A stretch of 61,742 bases of DNA, counting the filler, from Jimgerdemannia flammicorona (lineage: Eukaryota), in assembly GCA_003990765.1 (NCBI GenBank). It is 3 parts of 3 records of this genome, joined end to end, with 100 filler letters (N's around TTAATTAATTAA, not from the genome) between each part and the next. Parts side by side here need not be neighbours in the genome. Positions count along the whole stretch, not along the records: positions 20,617 to 41,130 come from RBNJ01001664.1; 2 more parts are not named here. The stretch is one strand, 5' to 3'. A model generated the notes under the pieces. The model was not told the origin of the DNA, ran no database searches, and saw only the letters and a program-made list of their open reading frames with translations. Positions 22,390 to 35,350 of the stretch are shown here, in pieces. Positions within the stretch are counted from its first letter, which is position 1. Every line of letters begins with the position of its first letter. A program made the position numbers and the translations under genes.

Positions 22390-24389
22390 ATGTCTGTCAG
22401 TTCCGAACCAAAGCTTGTAGTAGCAAAATATTTCAAATTCCAGTGCGACCCGAAAGCACGTGGTATTGACGGTTTCTTCAAAACAGTGCCAGCATCCAAA
22501 TGGTCATTGGAGGCTTACATTAACCATAACCTCGAGCAGTCTGGCGATGATCTTGACTTTGACCAGTTATTCGCCATTTTCACGGAGAGTCTCGACCAGA
22601 TCAACCAACTCATTGCCGTTCCTGTGTCGATTCGGTCGGTTTGCAGTAACTATCTTAGTTGGCTACAGGTACTTTTTTCACTTGCGTTGTAAAGTATCCA
22701 GTAATCCGCCTTATAACATCTATTGTAGACATTGACAGGTAAAGGAGCCGTCGAGATATGCCGCGGCTTCTTCGAAGCTAAAATATTGCTTAGAAGGAAA
22801 ACTTCTATGAAAGCTGTGGTTGAGGTACGTCAACAATGATGAACACATACATGGCAATGGAGATACTTATATCTACCATTGATCTTTCTTGCAGGAAACG
22901 GTGAACGTCACCGCCCATACGGAGGCGTATCAAAGTCACCTGCAATCTCTCGTCCATGTTAATGAAGCATTCCCCGAGTTTCCGCAGTATGCGCCTAGGA
23001 CTCCACCAAATCTTCAAGGGGACCTGACATTATTAATGAAAACACCTAACAAAAGACCGTTAGAAGATGAACAAGTGCAACAGTAGGGGTTTCATTGTTA
23101 TGCTTGCCATACATTTATGACAATCGAATGTTTGTCGATGACTATTTTCACCCTTCCTTTTTCCATCTAATAGGTACTCGCACGACGCTACCGTCGTCTT
23201 TGCGTCCGAGATGACCGAGGAGTTAAAAGCGAAAATCGGAGAGGATCTCGCTAAGGAAATATCCTCGGTGCGCGGAAAAAACCCTGCTGTTTGGACACCT
23301 GCCTTGGAAAAGTACATCGATAATGCGCTCAAGGCATGTATCCCTTAAAATTTCTTCATACAAAATTCCAATCTTGGTACTTACTTTATTATACTACAGA
23401 AAACAGGTGACGACTTTAAGCAGGCAATCCAGATCAAAGCACCGGATGTTGGGGACGAGCTGTTCCGACTATATTGCGAGAAGGTTCTCATTGACTTGTA
23501 AGCTTTGCCGTTAACATCTATCGATTGTGCCTACGGAAATATTGATTGTCACATCTCTTTTAAAATATAAGCTTCAACCTCGTCGATGTCTGTTCAACGA
23601 TGAGCCGGAAAATCGGCGAGCGAAAATACATCATCTACCATATAGCATCGCTCTTCAAGTTTTACGAGACTACATTCATGACACTCAATTTCGATTGGGT
23701 GGAATCTCATGCTCATGCTGCTAAAATGGCAAAATCATCCACCACCTCTGGAATTGTGCTTGTTGATGCGAAAGCAACAAGAAACTCTGATGGCCTTATG
23801 TATGGCACATGGAAGTCTCTGGGCCCCCCTCGAACGCAACTATCGGTCATACATTGGATGACACCAAAAAAACCCTCCGAATGGACATTTTGAATTTGAT
23901 AGCACTGCTACAGGATCATCTTGACTGTGATATAAAACTGGCAACGAAGATTAAAGTGTTCAGCACTCAGGCGATTGGTTTGTAGCAGTTGTGTAATGGT
24001 ATGATTTTATAGAGATCGTGAAGAAATATTTTTTTGATAATTATCCCTGTCTTTTCAGGCACCCGGCTGACACTCTACGCTCTAAACTTGCTTCCTGATG
24101 GCTGCTTTCTTGTGACCGAGCTCGCTTCTGCTCTCATACCATTCAGCTTTAACGGCCGGAGCCAATATAAGGCCATCCTCCGGATGATGGCGATATTTCA
24201 CGTACGTTTTCAGATAAATTTAATGTTTATGATGGCTTTCCGGATGCTCATACGGTGGCGTTTTACTATTAGGATGAGGTGACGAGGCAAGAGAAATTAC
24301 TTGGGGAGATTAATCAATTCGTACTTCGAATAGCGGAAACAACAGTCCGCCAAGTGTTGAGAATGCCGAAGATAATAATGGAAGGATGA
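22390..24389 (+). CDS. 8-exon gene, ~495 aa, with a C-terminal PD-(D/E)XK restriction-endonuclease-like domain; apparent 1-nt frameshift at ~23798 (pseudogene or sequencing error)
   Basis: Exons 22390-22668, 22729-22824, 22895-23082, 23174-23333, 23400-23497, 23572-23977, 24059-24201 and 24273-24389 have phase-compatible splice sites (one GC donor); motif VDAK..DG..VWHMEVSGPP..H..DDTKK..R; CpG retained. Confidence 0.75.
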
Positions 24390-24583
24390 GTTGTGGAGGA
24401 CGAGTTAGGCGAGCAAGAAATGTAGATAAGGAGAAAAAGAACTATGGGATTTATCAATAAACGTTGCAAAGAAGAGTTTATGATAGTATTCTATAACTGC
24501 TGATAATATGCTCAATGTTATTTTTTATGTATAACTATTCCTATATAAATAATTATATGAAACTAATTTATGTCAAATCCACT

Positions 24584-26177
24584 ATGGAACCTAAAGATTA
24601 CAGTACCATCAGAAGCATCTTGAAAAGAGAACAAGGTGAAAAAATTGCTCCTTATATCTTCAAAATAACAGATACCAAAATTATCAAAGAGTATTTAGAT
24701 AAAGAGAGAATTATCTATGAAATTTACCAATGATTAGATGTCAATTCTAATAGAAATATAAATCTATCTTACAAAGATAATTCTGGACAAAGTCAGCAGG
24801 AATTAAATCCTAGGAAATGAGAATTACCAGAAACTTCTGAAGAATCAAGGAAAAAGAGAAAAGTGTCAGAAGAGTAGAAGTATATAGGGATAGTCCTATA
24901 TATTTTAATACATTATGTAAGAAATTTTACAAAACCAGACAAACTGTGCATAATATATATAAAATATATATATATAGTAGACAACATAATTATGAATGAA
25001 TATGAAAAAGCTCTTTATTTTCTGGAAGTAGGATGCGGTTGTGGTTGCTTACCCAAATTGCCTAAGAAAGAATTTGCCAAACTGTGGAAAGATTTTCAAG
25101 TGCTAACAAAACCTGAACAAGATATCTTTTTAATGGCCCAACTCAAGACCATGGATGGAGAAGTGACTAATACTAGCTATCATCTTAAAAAGAAAGCTCA
25201 TGTCAATAAGAGAACTATCTACTGCTGAAATCATAGTACTCTGATTTACCAAAAAACTTACCTCAATATACTTGGCATTGGCCATAATTATTTTGAAAAT
25301 ATTTGAAATTATTTGTTAAAGAATGATCTTCTACTGTGGATCCATGGTAATGTAAAAAGAATACCACAGTGAAAATCCAGGATGGTTATCAATATTGATG
25401 TTACTACTGCTATCAAGAATTTTTTGCTAAATTATACCAAAGTTCACAGCTTATCTAGCTCAGTAAGAAATGTTAATCAAGTCACTCTATCAATTATCTT
25501 TCTACTGGCAGAAATGAGCTACAGGTCTGTTTACTGGAATTTTTTAGTTAGTCTAGAGGATAATAATAAATTGCATAATCTCAAGTATAATATATTCCAT
25601 AAATTATGGTACTAGTTAACTCTATATATTCAAATCATAAGTCCGAGGACTGATTTATATGATACTTACCAGCATTTGCAAAATGACTTACAGTTCAAAG
25701 CTTGTAAAGAGGAAGAGGCCCAAGATTTATTAAAAAAATATAAAGAGCATCTGGCCAAAGCCAAACTAGAGAGAAATTATTATAACAAAAATACCAAGTT
25801 GGCAGAAGAGCAAAGAAAACTCATTGACCAAAATTATTCTGTACTGAAAGACAAAGCACCATACTGCAGCATTGACATAGTGGTCTATTACAGTTATGAT
25901 TGAGCTCAAAATGTCCATGTGCCTCATTCAGATCAACAGATCAGCAAGATATATTATCTTAGTGCTCATAAAGTGTACTTATTCAGTATCTAAGATGAAG
26001 CAGTCTATGAGCAAATGAATTATGTGCTAGATGAGAATGAACTCCTTGGGAAAGGTCCGAATAGTATACTTAGTCTAGTCTTTGATGGGATTAAGTAGTT
26101 GAATAAAGGTGAAAAGCACTTAAAAATCACTTGTGACAATATAGGTGGACAAAACAAAAACAATACTACTCTTTGAT

Positions 26178-26214
<37 letters not shown>

Positions 26215-29200
26215 GTCTCTTGGACTCCTTTATTACAACTATCTAATACAATAACGAAGAACTACAAATCACTACTAATCCTATAACATATACAGAAGTA
26301 TAGTCTTTCAGCCAACTCCTTCCTTCCATCTCACCCTACTATCATCTAACACCAGAAACCCTCGACTCTGCAGTACAATGTCCTGTACCTTTTTTAAGGC
26401 CCCTGGCTGAAGTCACCTCCCCTGATACCACCACCTCTGAACCACCTCCTGTATCAGCCACCTCCACTGCTCCACCATCTCTCCAATCTCCATCCATGGG
26501 TCCTGTTCAAAAACCAACTGCCAATGCACTGCCATCAAGACCCAGACCCCCAAAATTTGACCTAAGCCTCTCCATATATCACCAATTTCCCCTACCAGCT
26601 GGCGCTTAACCACCAGACTGGTCGGATCCTCTGCCCTATGCCTCACTGGGCCCCAGTAACCTTCCAGACTCTGCCAAAACCCTTCCATATCTGGACAGGC
26701 CCCCAGAACATGTTCTGGCATCTAAACAACCCCGCCATCCACCTCATTACACCACTCATAGTCTCGACAGCCATCCACCTCCATCCAGCCTGTCCAATAG
26801 CTCAGCATCACATTACATCTCAAGAACTGCCACCAAACCACCCAGTATTTGGGAGTACCATCTTGTGTACCGAGGTTCCCCAATTCCAAATTCGAACCCA
26901 CTCCCAGTCCTCACCAATACTAGCTCTCTGCCAACCAGGGGGCCATCTCTCCAGAGGTCCAGACCTGATCCACTCCATCACCTCAATTAGGGAGTACTCC
27001 TTCAGACTGTGGCCACCCACATGCAGGTCACCCAGTCACCACCATCGCTGCTCAGGGTCCACCCCCACCTCTATCTCTGGGCCTGCCAACCCCATGGCCA
27101 GCCAGGCCTCTACAATACCCCATCAGAACTCCTTGAAATGCAGCCTACCTATACTTCCAACCTGAAGCAAGCCCCGCATATCCTTCCAGACTTTACCACA
27201 AGGGCAGAACTGAACCTCCCAATTGTCCATGGCCAGCCTGCCCCAACCTTCCTCACCAAGTTCCATCAGTCGGCACCCCCACCAACCCCGCAGCACCTTC
27301 AGTTGTTGCCTGAAATCCACCAGCCCCAGGCCACCATCAGAAGTCCTCATCACCAAAGTCTCCCATCCAATCTGCAGATGCCTCCCACACTATATCCACC
27401 CTTCGACAATCTTCTTCAACTGCTGCACCACCCACCCTGGAAAATCCAGATGATAACCCAGATACCACAGTTTGGGCAGCCAATACACATTCAAAACCAC
27501 TATCCTGCCAACCAAAGAGAAGCTCCTTCCTGACCAACCCATCAATGTGCCTTCCAGTCTCTGAATCAATCCACACCACTACTTCTTCAGCAGGACTGTC
27601 CCATATACTGAGAACCAGATACCCAGATACCGAACAGCACTCCCTATGGTTACTAATTGTCCGAATTGTCCATGTCCCCCCAGGCCAGCACCAAGTTCCA
27701 TTGTCTCACACTTGCCCCAGTTCAACTTCGCTCCTGCCAGCCTCTCATACTGACCCACCCCTTCTTGTAGGGCTACTACATCCTCCCAACTGCCCAACCC
27801 TACCACCATATCATCTGCAAAGACACCCAACTTCCAGACCACTTCTCCCATTTGCAGTCCAGAGAGTCATCCCTTCAACCACACCAATAAAGGTTCTAGA
27901 GAGAGTACATAAAGAAGGGGGGAGAGAGAATCCCCCTGTGGTACCCCTCGCCCCAAGGCAAACTCTTGTCCACACCATTCATCATCACCATAGCTTGGCA
28001 TCCTTGTACCAAGCCCATCAATTGCCCTGCCTCTGCTGCACCAAACCCTGCTTTCCTCAGAATAGCCTCCAGGTAGCTCCACCGCACTCTATCATAGGCC
28101 TTCTCTTGATCCAGAAAAACCATCTGACCATCTACCTGCTGGCTCCTACAGCTCTCCAAAATATTCTGCACCCAAGCAGTACTATCTCTGATCTGCCTCC
28201 CCTTGACAAAGCCTCGCTGCTCTTCTCCAACTAGTGCACCAACATATTACTACATTCTCCCTGCCAGAATCTTTGATACCAACTTTCTATCCACATTCAG
28301 CAGCATGATAGGTCACTAGTTGCACCACACTTGTCGAACTCCCTTTTCCTTGTATAGTAGAGAAACTAGTCCCAAGGAACCATTGCCAATCCAGCTACTC
28401 TCCTTCAAAACAGCATTGGCCATCTCTACCAACCAGTTACCAAACTCGGCCTTGAACTCCTTCCAGAATTCCCAGGGCAACCCACCCTCTCCAGGAGATG
28501 AACCAGTCTGCGTCTTTCTCAGTACTTCCAATACTTCATCTAGAGACACCTCCCCCATGACCGCCTCTCCTATCTCAGGTATTACTGTCACTGGCCAATT
28601 GGTCACCATATTATCATTATCCTCCCCAAGCCCAGCCTCCTCAGCATGCTCCCCACCATCCTGCCAAAGAGCTTGCCATTGACTGGATACCTCCCCAAGC
28701 ATGTCAGCAATTCCAGAGACCTCTACTCCATTCTCATGCAATACTGTAGCCCAACTGTGTCACACTTGCCTGGCCTTCAAAACACCAGTCAGATATGTAT
28801 CTCATTGGCCTCTCACCTTCTTCCAACCATCTAGCTCGCAGTCTTGCCAGCAGGCCATCCACTACCCTGGTCTCTGACACCCTTAGCTCCACCACCTCTA
28901 ATACCAACTGGTGTTGCACCTCTCCAGACAAGTTCCTCTTTTCCAAAAGCTTCAATCGCCATCTCAGCCCCTTTTCAACTCTCCTTTCCTTGTCCTTCTG
29001 TTCCTTCCTGGCTACTTCTCCAACATCCTGCCAGTAAGCACCAGCCAAATGTTTGAATTTACCCCACCATTCTGCTATCAACTGCCTTTCATTCTGCCAT
29101 CACAAAACTTCCTGTCTCACAACTGTCACAAAATTGTCCCTCTCCTTCTTCCTCTTAAGTAAGGCTACATTGAGGCACCAGCACCCTCCACCACTACTTG

Positions 29201-32200
29201 CTGCTTGAAATCTACCACAAACCTCCACTCTCCAGTAATCAGACCAAGGGCACCAGTGCACCTCCACAGTGTCCAGTATATTGCCCCAGCACTCTGCCAC
29301 TAGTACCCAATCTATTTGCATCCCAACCAATGTTGTTCCAACTGGATACTATCAGGTGAAAGGTCCCAACTTATCCCCCTGTTGTTGACGAACTCCATCC
29401 ACCAAACCCATGTCATGCTCTACCTGAAGCCACTGAGAAAGTCCAGAGGATACCGCGACTCCTGCTCCACCATCAGACCTATCTAGTGTATGATCATGCA
29501 CCATGTTAAAATCCCCCCCCAGAATGTCCAAAGCAACTACCTCCTGACCATCCCATGCCAGCCATCTCTCAACCCATTGCTTTCGCTCTCTGCCAACTGC
29601 AGGGAGGTAAACTGAGCCAACTGTCAAACCATCACCAGCCCCACCTTTTAGTCTTCCCCAAATCATTCTGTCACCATAGGCCTCTACCTCCACTAGCTCA
29701 CCTTTGCCCACACCAACCAAGATGCCCACCTGCTTATTTCAACCTGCTCCACCATACCATTCTTTACTCCACATCTCAAAGTCTGACTCACCATAAGCCC
29801 GAACATTCTGAAGAAACACAACATCATACCTCCTGACTTTAAGCCATCTGAAAAGCTGCCATCTTTTAACACCATCCCACAATCTATTGACATTGATCAA
29901 CAAAATACGTAGGTTGTTCATCATCATTAAGGAAATTGTTTAAAGCTCAGCAAGGACTGCCACCACTTTCTCAGCCCTTCCTCTAACAATCTCTCGCTGG
30001 TCTTCACAAATTGCCTTCCAGATCCGATCACCATTAGTACTGCTGCAGAAAAGGTCCACTCTCTCTGTTGCCACCTTCCTGATATCGGCCATCCTGCTCT
30101 CATCAACATCATATCCTTCATCATCCAGCAGAGCAGCTATCATTGCCATCACCAGCTTAGGCCCCTGTATTGCTACATTGAGGAATCCTTCCCACACCTC
30201 CTGAGATCCATGAAACACATCCACTTCCTTGATGTCTTCCTCTGCCAGCTCCTCAAGAACTGCCTGATACCAGCTCTCCACCGTCATCACCAGGGGTCCG
30301 GGAGTCAATGGCCTAGGGGTCCTGCTCAGCTCCTGCAATTGCTCTCTGTCTGCTGACACATCTGAAGCCACATCCACCAGCTCATCCTCCTTGGCAACTT
30401 TCTCCAAGTGAATAACCTCACCAGCTTCTGGGTACTCTCAATGGACATTCACTGCCCCCACCATATGAATATCCTCTACCTGAGTCTCCAGCACCACTTC
30501 ATCATCAACTTCAAAGCCTCCTTCACCAACCTCCTTATCTGCCCACTTTCCCCTCACCAGTGTATGTGCTGAGTTCTCAACACCACCCAGCTGGGAGAAG
30601 GACACCTCCACCACCTCCACACCTTCCATCTGATTCTTGGCCACCTCTACCCTTGCCTTCTCTTCCACAGCTGCCCCTTAAAGGGCCACCTGCAGATGCT
30701 CCCAGTTCTCTTTTCTCCACCACTTCCGCTTGCTATCAGCCTTGATCCAGACCCAATCCTTGGCATACTCCTCCCACTTCCTCTTTTGCAGCTCCTTGGC
30801 AGCCTCTTTCTCCTCCAGAGCAATCACCAACTCTTCCTCCTCCTGTTCAGCTCCCTTCCTCCTCCAGACCTTGTACTCCTGCCCCCCAATTCTAATCCCC
30901 TCAGGCCAATCATGGTCCAGCCCAGTAGCCTCCTTGCCTTCCAGTCACAGCATCACCTCATAGTTGCCATTCCTCAATTTGGTGCCCTCCCAGAATATGA
31001 ACCTGAAGTCCACCATCTCACCATATCCACCTAGTGCCTCCACTACCATCTCCTTGGTCTCCTGTCTGCCCAGGGTTGGCAAACCTTCCACCACCAGTCG
31101 AACAGCATGCAGATCCCACCTCAGACACCTCGCCATCCTGATCCGGATACCTTTGACCATCATCTCTTTCTCCAGCACCTTCACCATTGCATCCTTCTCT
31201 ACAAATCCAATCTCCACAGCCTCTGCTGAAGGGATGAACTTCAGAGATTCCACCCCAGCCACTTCCTCTCCCACTAACCTCAGAACCTCCCTTGCTGACA
31301 TCACCAATCCCAGGAAGTTTGCCATGACTGCCCATGTCGACACCGATTTGTGAAAGAAGGGCCTCACCACCAGCTCGCCTGTCCCTGCTGCCAGAGTCAC
31401 CTTTCCTTTGGCCCCTGAAATACCTGTAGTTGTCCCACCAAGTCCAGCTATACCACCAGCAGTCCTCTCCCCAGCCACCTGCCCAGCCACAGAAGAACCA
31501 GTCCCCAGCATCCTACTACCAGACCCCTGTCTCCTGCCAGCCACCTGACCTGTCACCTGACTCATCACCTGACTCCTCCCTATGCCTCCCCTGTCCAACC
31601 CCCATGGGCCTAACAGCAGCCCTCCTATTCCCAACCACCGTATACCAGACCTCAGTCCCACCAGTCCTCCCCTGTCCACCAGCCCTCCCTGCAGCCACAC
31701 CAGTCCCAGCAGCAGCCGCAAAGCTCTTGGAAATACCCAGACCAGGCCTCCTCCTCTCCAGACGCTCAGAGCTAGAGGAATCTTGACTAGCCATATTGCC
31801 AAAACTTGTCTGTTTTTCTTGAAACTTATTGTGCCTTATAGGTAGACTCCTGCCACATGATGTACACCAGTATGCTCGAAATAAAAACTTGAAAATGTGT
31901 TGTCTTTTGCTGAAAGATGTCTGTGTGGCTTAGCTCTCTCCAAATGGTTCGAGTAAAAGAAGTCCTAATCTCTTTGATTTTACTTGTATTTGGTGATTTG
32001 TGGTTATTATAAAAGTATTGAATTGAACTTCATAGTTCTGGATCATACCAAATTCAAATATGATGGTAGTTTTGGACTGATCAAAAGGCTTTATCATAAA
32101 ACTATAGTAAATTGTATAGATTATATCATTAATATAGTAAAAAGATCTAGCATTACTGGATTAAACAAAGCTTGACATTATAATGGTGATGAAGATTTTC

Positions 32201-32377
32201 AATATTATGACATCATAAGTGGCCTAGAAACTTACTTTAAAAAATTACCTGGCCTACAAAAGTTTTAGCACTTTCTTTTCACCAGTACTAATCCTGGGAT
32301 AATCAAAGCCCAAGCAGTTGTGAATGGTCCTTTCCAGGAATTCAAGTTATTGAAGACTAAATCCACAATTCCTTAAC
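24584..32377 (+). mobile_element. Sola-like DDD transposase pseudogene, split by a LINE and cut by an LTR
   Basis: Motifs GCGCGC, HGN, PRTDL, YD(W)AQN, KGPN and DNIGGQNKN precede 26183; HTKFKYDGSFGLIK follows 31985. Confidence 0.75.
26184..31969 (-). mobile_element. Full-length LINE family B copy 1 (L1/Tx1-like: ORF1, APE, RT, C-terminal Cys domain), decayed
   Basis: Motifs GGDFN, PGEGGLP, FLDQEKAYDRV, GVPQGD, FADD and YLGI; poly(A); 15-bp TSD ctctttgattttact at 26169-26183 and 31970-31984. Confidence 0.95.
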
Positions 32378-35350
32378 TGTAATAGAATGAACGAGCAAGC
32401 GAACAGATGGGAGGCAATGAGGCGAGTGATCACATGACCCGGCGGTGATGATGTCATCATATGAATGAAGTGCGACATACAAATTATGAATGACAAATGA
32501 TGCGAATGATATGAAATGATGTGGAAAACAATATCCAGCTTATCTCCAACAATCGGTACTGCAGAAACTGTTGCCACAGTAGCTGATGATTGCCTAGTAA
32601 TTGAGGTTCTGATCATAAAGTTGTTTTTGCCAAAAACTACCTGACAAAGGTCATGATCACAAACCTCATTATAGTTACCAAATTAGTCACTCATACTTAG
32701 TTAGAAATCATGGACCAACTTGTATAAATACCCCCCAGTTTCCATCTGAAATAAAGCAGTTTTAGTTCAGTCCTTGATACAAGAATCAAGTTCCCCCCCC
32801 ATACATATATTTCCCTGAGTCTTAGTAATGACACCTAAGTGACTCTAGTATTTCTGACTAAACTCCAGAAGTCTAGCTAACTTCTGCCAGAACTGAGACT
32901 GGTATATAAATCCTCTAAAGACTTAAATAAACCCATTGAACCTGAATTCCAAAGTGAATTCAGTCTGTGCATAGCAAAGAACAAGACCCTTGAAAGATAG
33001 GGCATACAAGAGAAAGACCTTTGAAACAGAAGGTACTACTACTATAACTATTTATAAGCAAGCACTTCCTCAACTGAAGGCTTCTTGGTATATATTATAT
33101 ACTAAGTCTCTAAGTAATAGTCCACTTCCCTAATTATCCAAAGGATAAGAGAGGGGTAGAAGTGAGAGTTATTACAACTTGGTAGCAGTGGATTACCAGC
33201 CAAGAAGACACCAAAGAACACACTTCTGAAGTTGGAATAAGACCAACCTTGGACAGAAGTAATCCCCAGAATCAACTGTGGATCCTCAAACCAGAGCTAG
33301 AGAAGCCCTTACCATTAGGACCAGGTGGTACCAGGAAACTACAGACCCAAGGACCCACTAGCTTGTAATTGACCAGGCTTATAAGGATCTATATCAGGCC
33401 TTTAGGACATACCACCCAGGACTTAGAAATATTATCAGCTGCCATAGGTTCTATGAACTCCTCTGAGGATACATTAGAACTACTAGGACCCCAGAATCTA
33501 CTGCTACAGCTACCCAGGATTTTCTAGATAATATCACACCCTCTGTTATAAGAGAAGTAGCTGCCAAGTAGATTGCCTCTGACAGATATCATTATACCCC
33601 TACCAAGACCTCTCTCTACTACAGGCTAGTTGTATACTACACCTCTGCTATAACCAGGTACAAGAACGAGCAAGTAGGCCAACCATCTCCTACTGCTGAA
33701 CAAGAAGCAGGCCCATCTACCCAGCCAGAGACTGATATCCTCTTTGAAGGACCAGGACACACTATCTCATCAGGGAAGGGAGTCAGACGAAGACCCTACA
33801 GGTTACCAGTCTGACAATAGCCAACAAGGAACAGTAGGCCTAGGAATTTATCAAGGAACTATAGATTAAGAAGAACAGACCCCAGAACCAACCCAGCCAC
33901 CTATATAGAGATTTGGTTTACCCTCTCTCACAGGACTCTTTGATCTAATATCCGGAAATCAAGTAACCCCAAGTCATACAGTACCACAACCCCATCAAGC
34001 CAAACAATCTTCAGAAGAAGCTACCCCAACAGGCCCACTACCAATAGTCAATACAATGGTAGATGCCAATATTGTAGCACTGACCACCCAGCTAGCAGCA
34101 CTAGCAGGGATAGTAGAACAGATTGCTGAACAGAACAAACCAACCAAGACTCTGCAAATTCTAACATTTAGTAGAAAAAACAGTGACATTGAAAACTTCA
34201 TCAATGTAGTTGATACAGGCTACTGAGCAAACTAATGGAATGATAACTGAGTGCCTATAAGAATGCTCACCAACAACCAGAACAGTACCCTTCAACAACT
34301 GTTTGTCACATCAGCAGCATAAGTAAAAACAGTAGCCACATTCTTCACTAGAACAGTAGCTAAATTCTAGTAAACCTTGGAACAACACCCAGTAATCTGG
34401 GAAGCCTGCCCTCAAGTCAATGGATAAGTACCTGCCAACAATAGACCAGATTGGGATGACTATGAAGCAGGCTCAGGACTCAAGGTCTTACTACTGACCA
34501 AATTCTGAAATGTGATCTATATATAAGAAACTTGGAACAAGCTGTCTCAGATGAAGTTCCACAAGAATGGCAAAGAGGATCTAGAGATCTTTGTCACCAG
34601 AATGGATGTCTACCTCAAAACTATTGGACTTACCTACCAGGAGAACAACTTGGCCATCAATGGTACCAGAGCCAACCATCTGTTTGCAGCCCTATCAGAC
34701 TGGCTCACTCAGAAGATCAAGAAATAAGGTCTTCCCCAAGGATGCCCCCACTACTCATGGTGCTTTGCCCAAGTATAAAGAAGAGCCCATGAAATCCTTG
34801 CTACATAAGCTCCATGAAATCAAGAATACAAGAAGGATAACCAAGATAGAAGAAACTCTACCAGAAGAAACAACCAAAAAAATGAGCAAAGATATGATTA
34901 AAGAAATGATCAAAGGAACTAGTGAAATCCCAAAGGACCCAGACCTCCCACCAAGGATGAAAAGAAGTAGCTTTACAAAAAAGAATTGTGCTTCATCTGC
35001 AAGAAGGCAGGATATATCTCAGTCAAATGCCCTGAGAAGAGAAACAGATCAGGCGAACCCAGTAACCAGAACATTACTATTATTGGAGAAGGTCCAGGAA
35101 AGAAGAATCCTGAGAATGTCATCAAAGTACAGAAGATATGGTACAAGGCTACCATTCCCACTAAGACCCACTTGACCAATACTGGATATGACCTCTACAG
35201 TAGTCAAGACCTCACTATTCCACCAAGTACCAATGCTATAGTGTGAACAGGAATTGCAATACAAGCTCCCAAAGGTATATATATCTGCCTTGCTAAGTGA
35301 AGCAGCTTAGCTAAAGAGTTCAATATTGGGCTAGAAGAAGGAGTAGTTGA
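32378..35350 (+). mobile_element. Ty3/gypsy 5' LTR (32378-33176), tRNA-iMet-type PBS, gag and dUTPase fragment
   Basis: TGTAATA...TATTACA termini; PBS TGGTAGCAG at 33180; zinc knuckle CFICKKAGYISVKC; dUTPase TGYDL..TGIAI..SSLA..GVVD cut at 35350. Confidence 0.88.

Noticed and set aside
22390..26183. Nuclease gene as cargo of the adjacent Sola transposon
   Set aside because: No TIR was found enclosing both, and their CpG decay differs sharply
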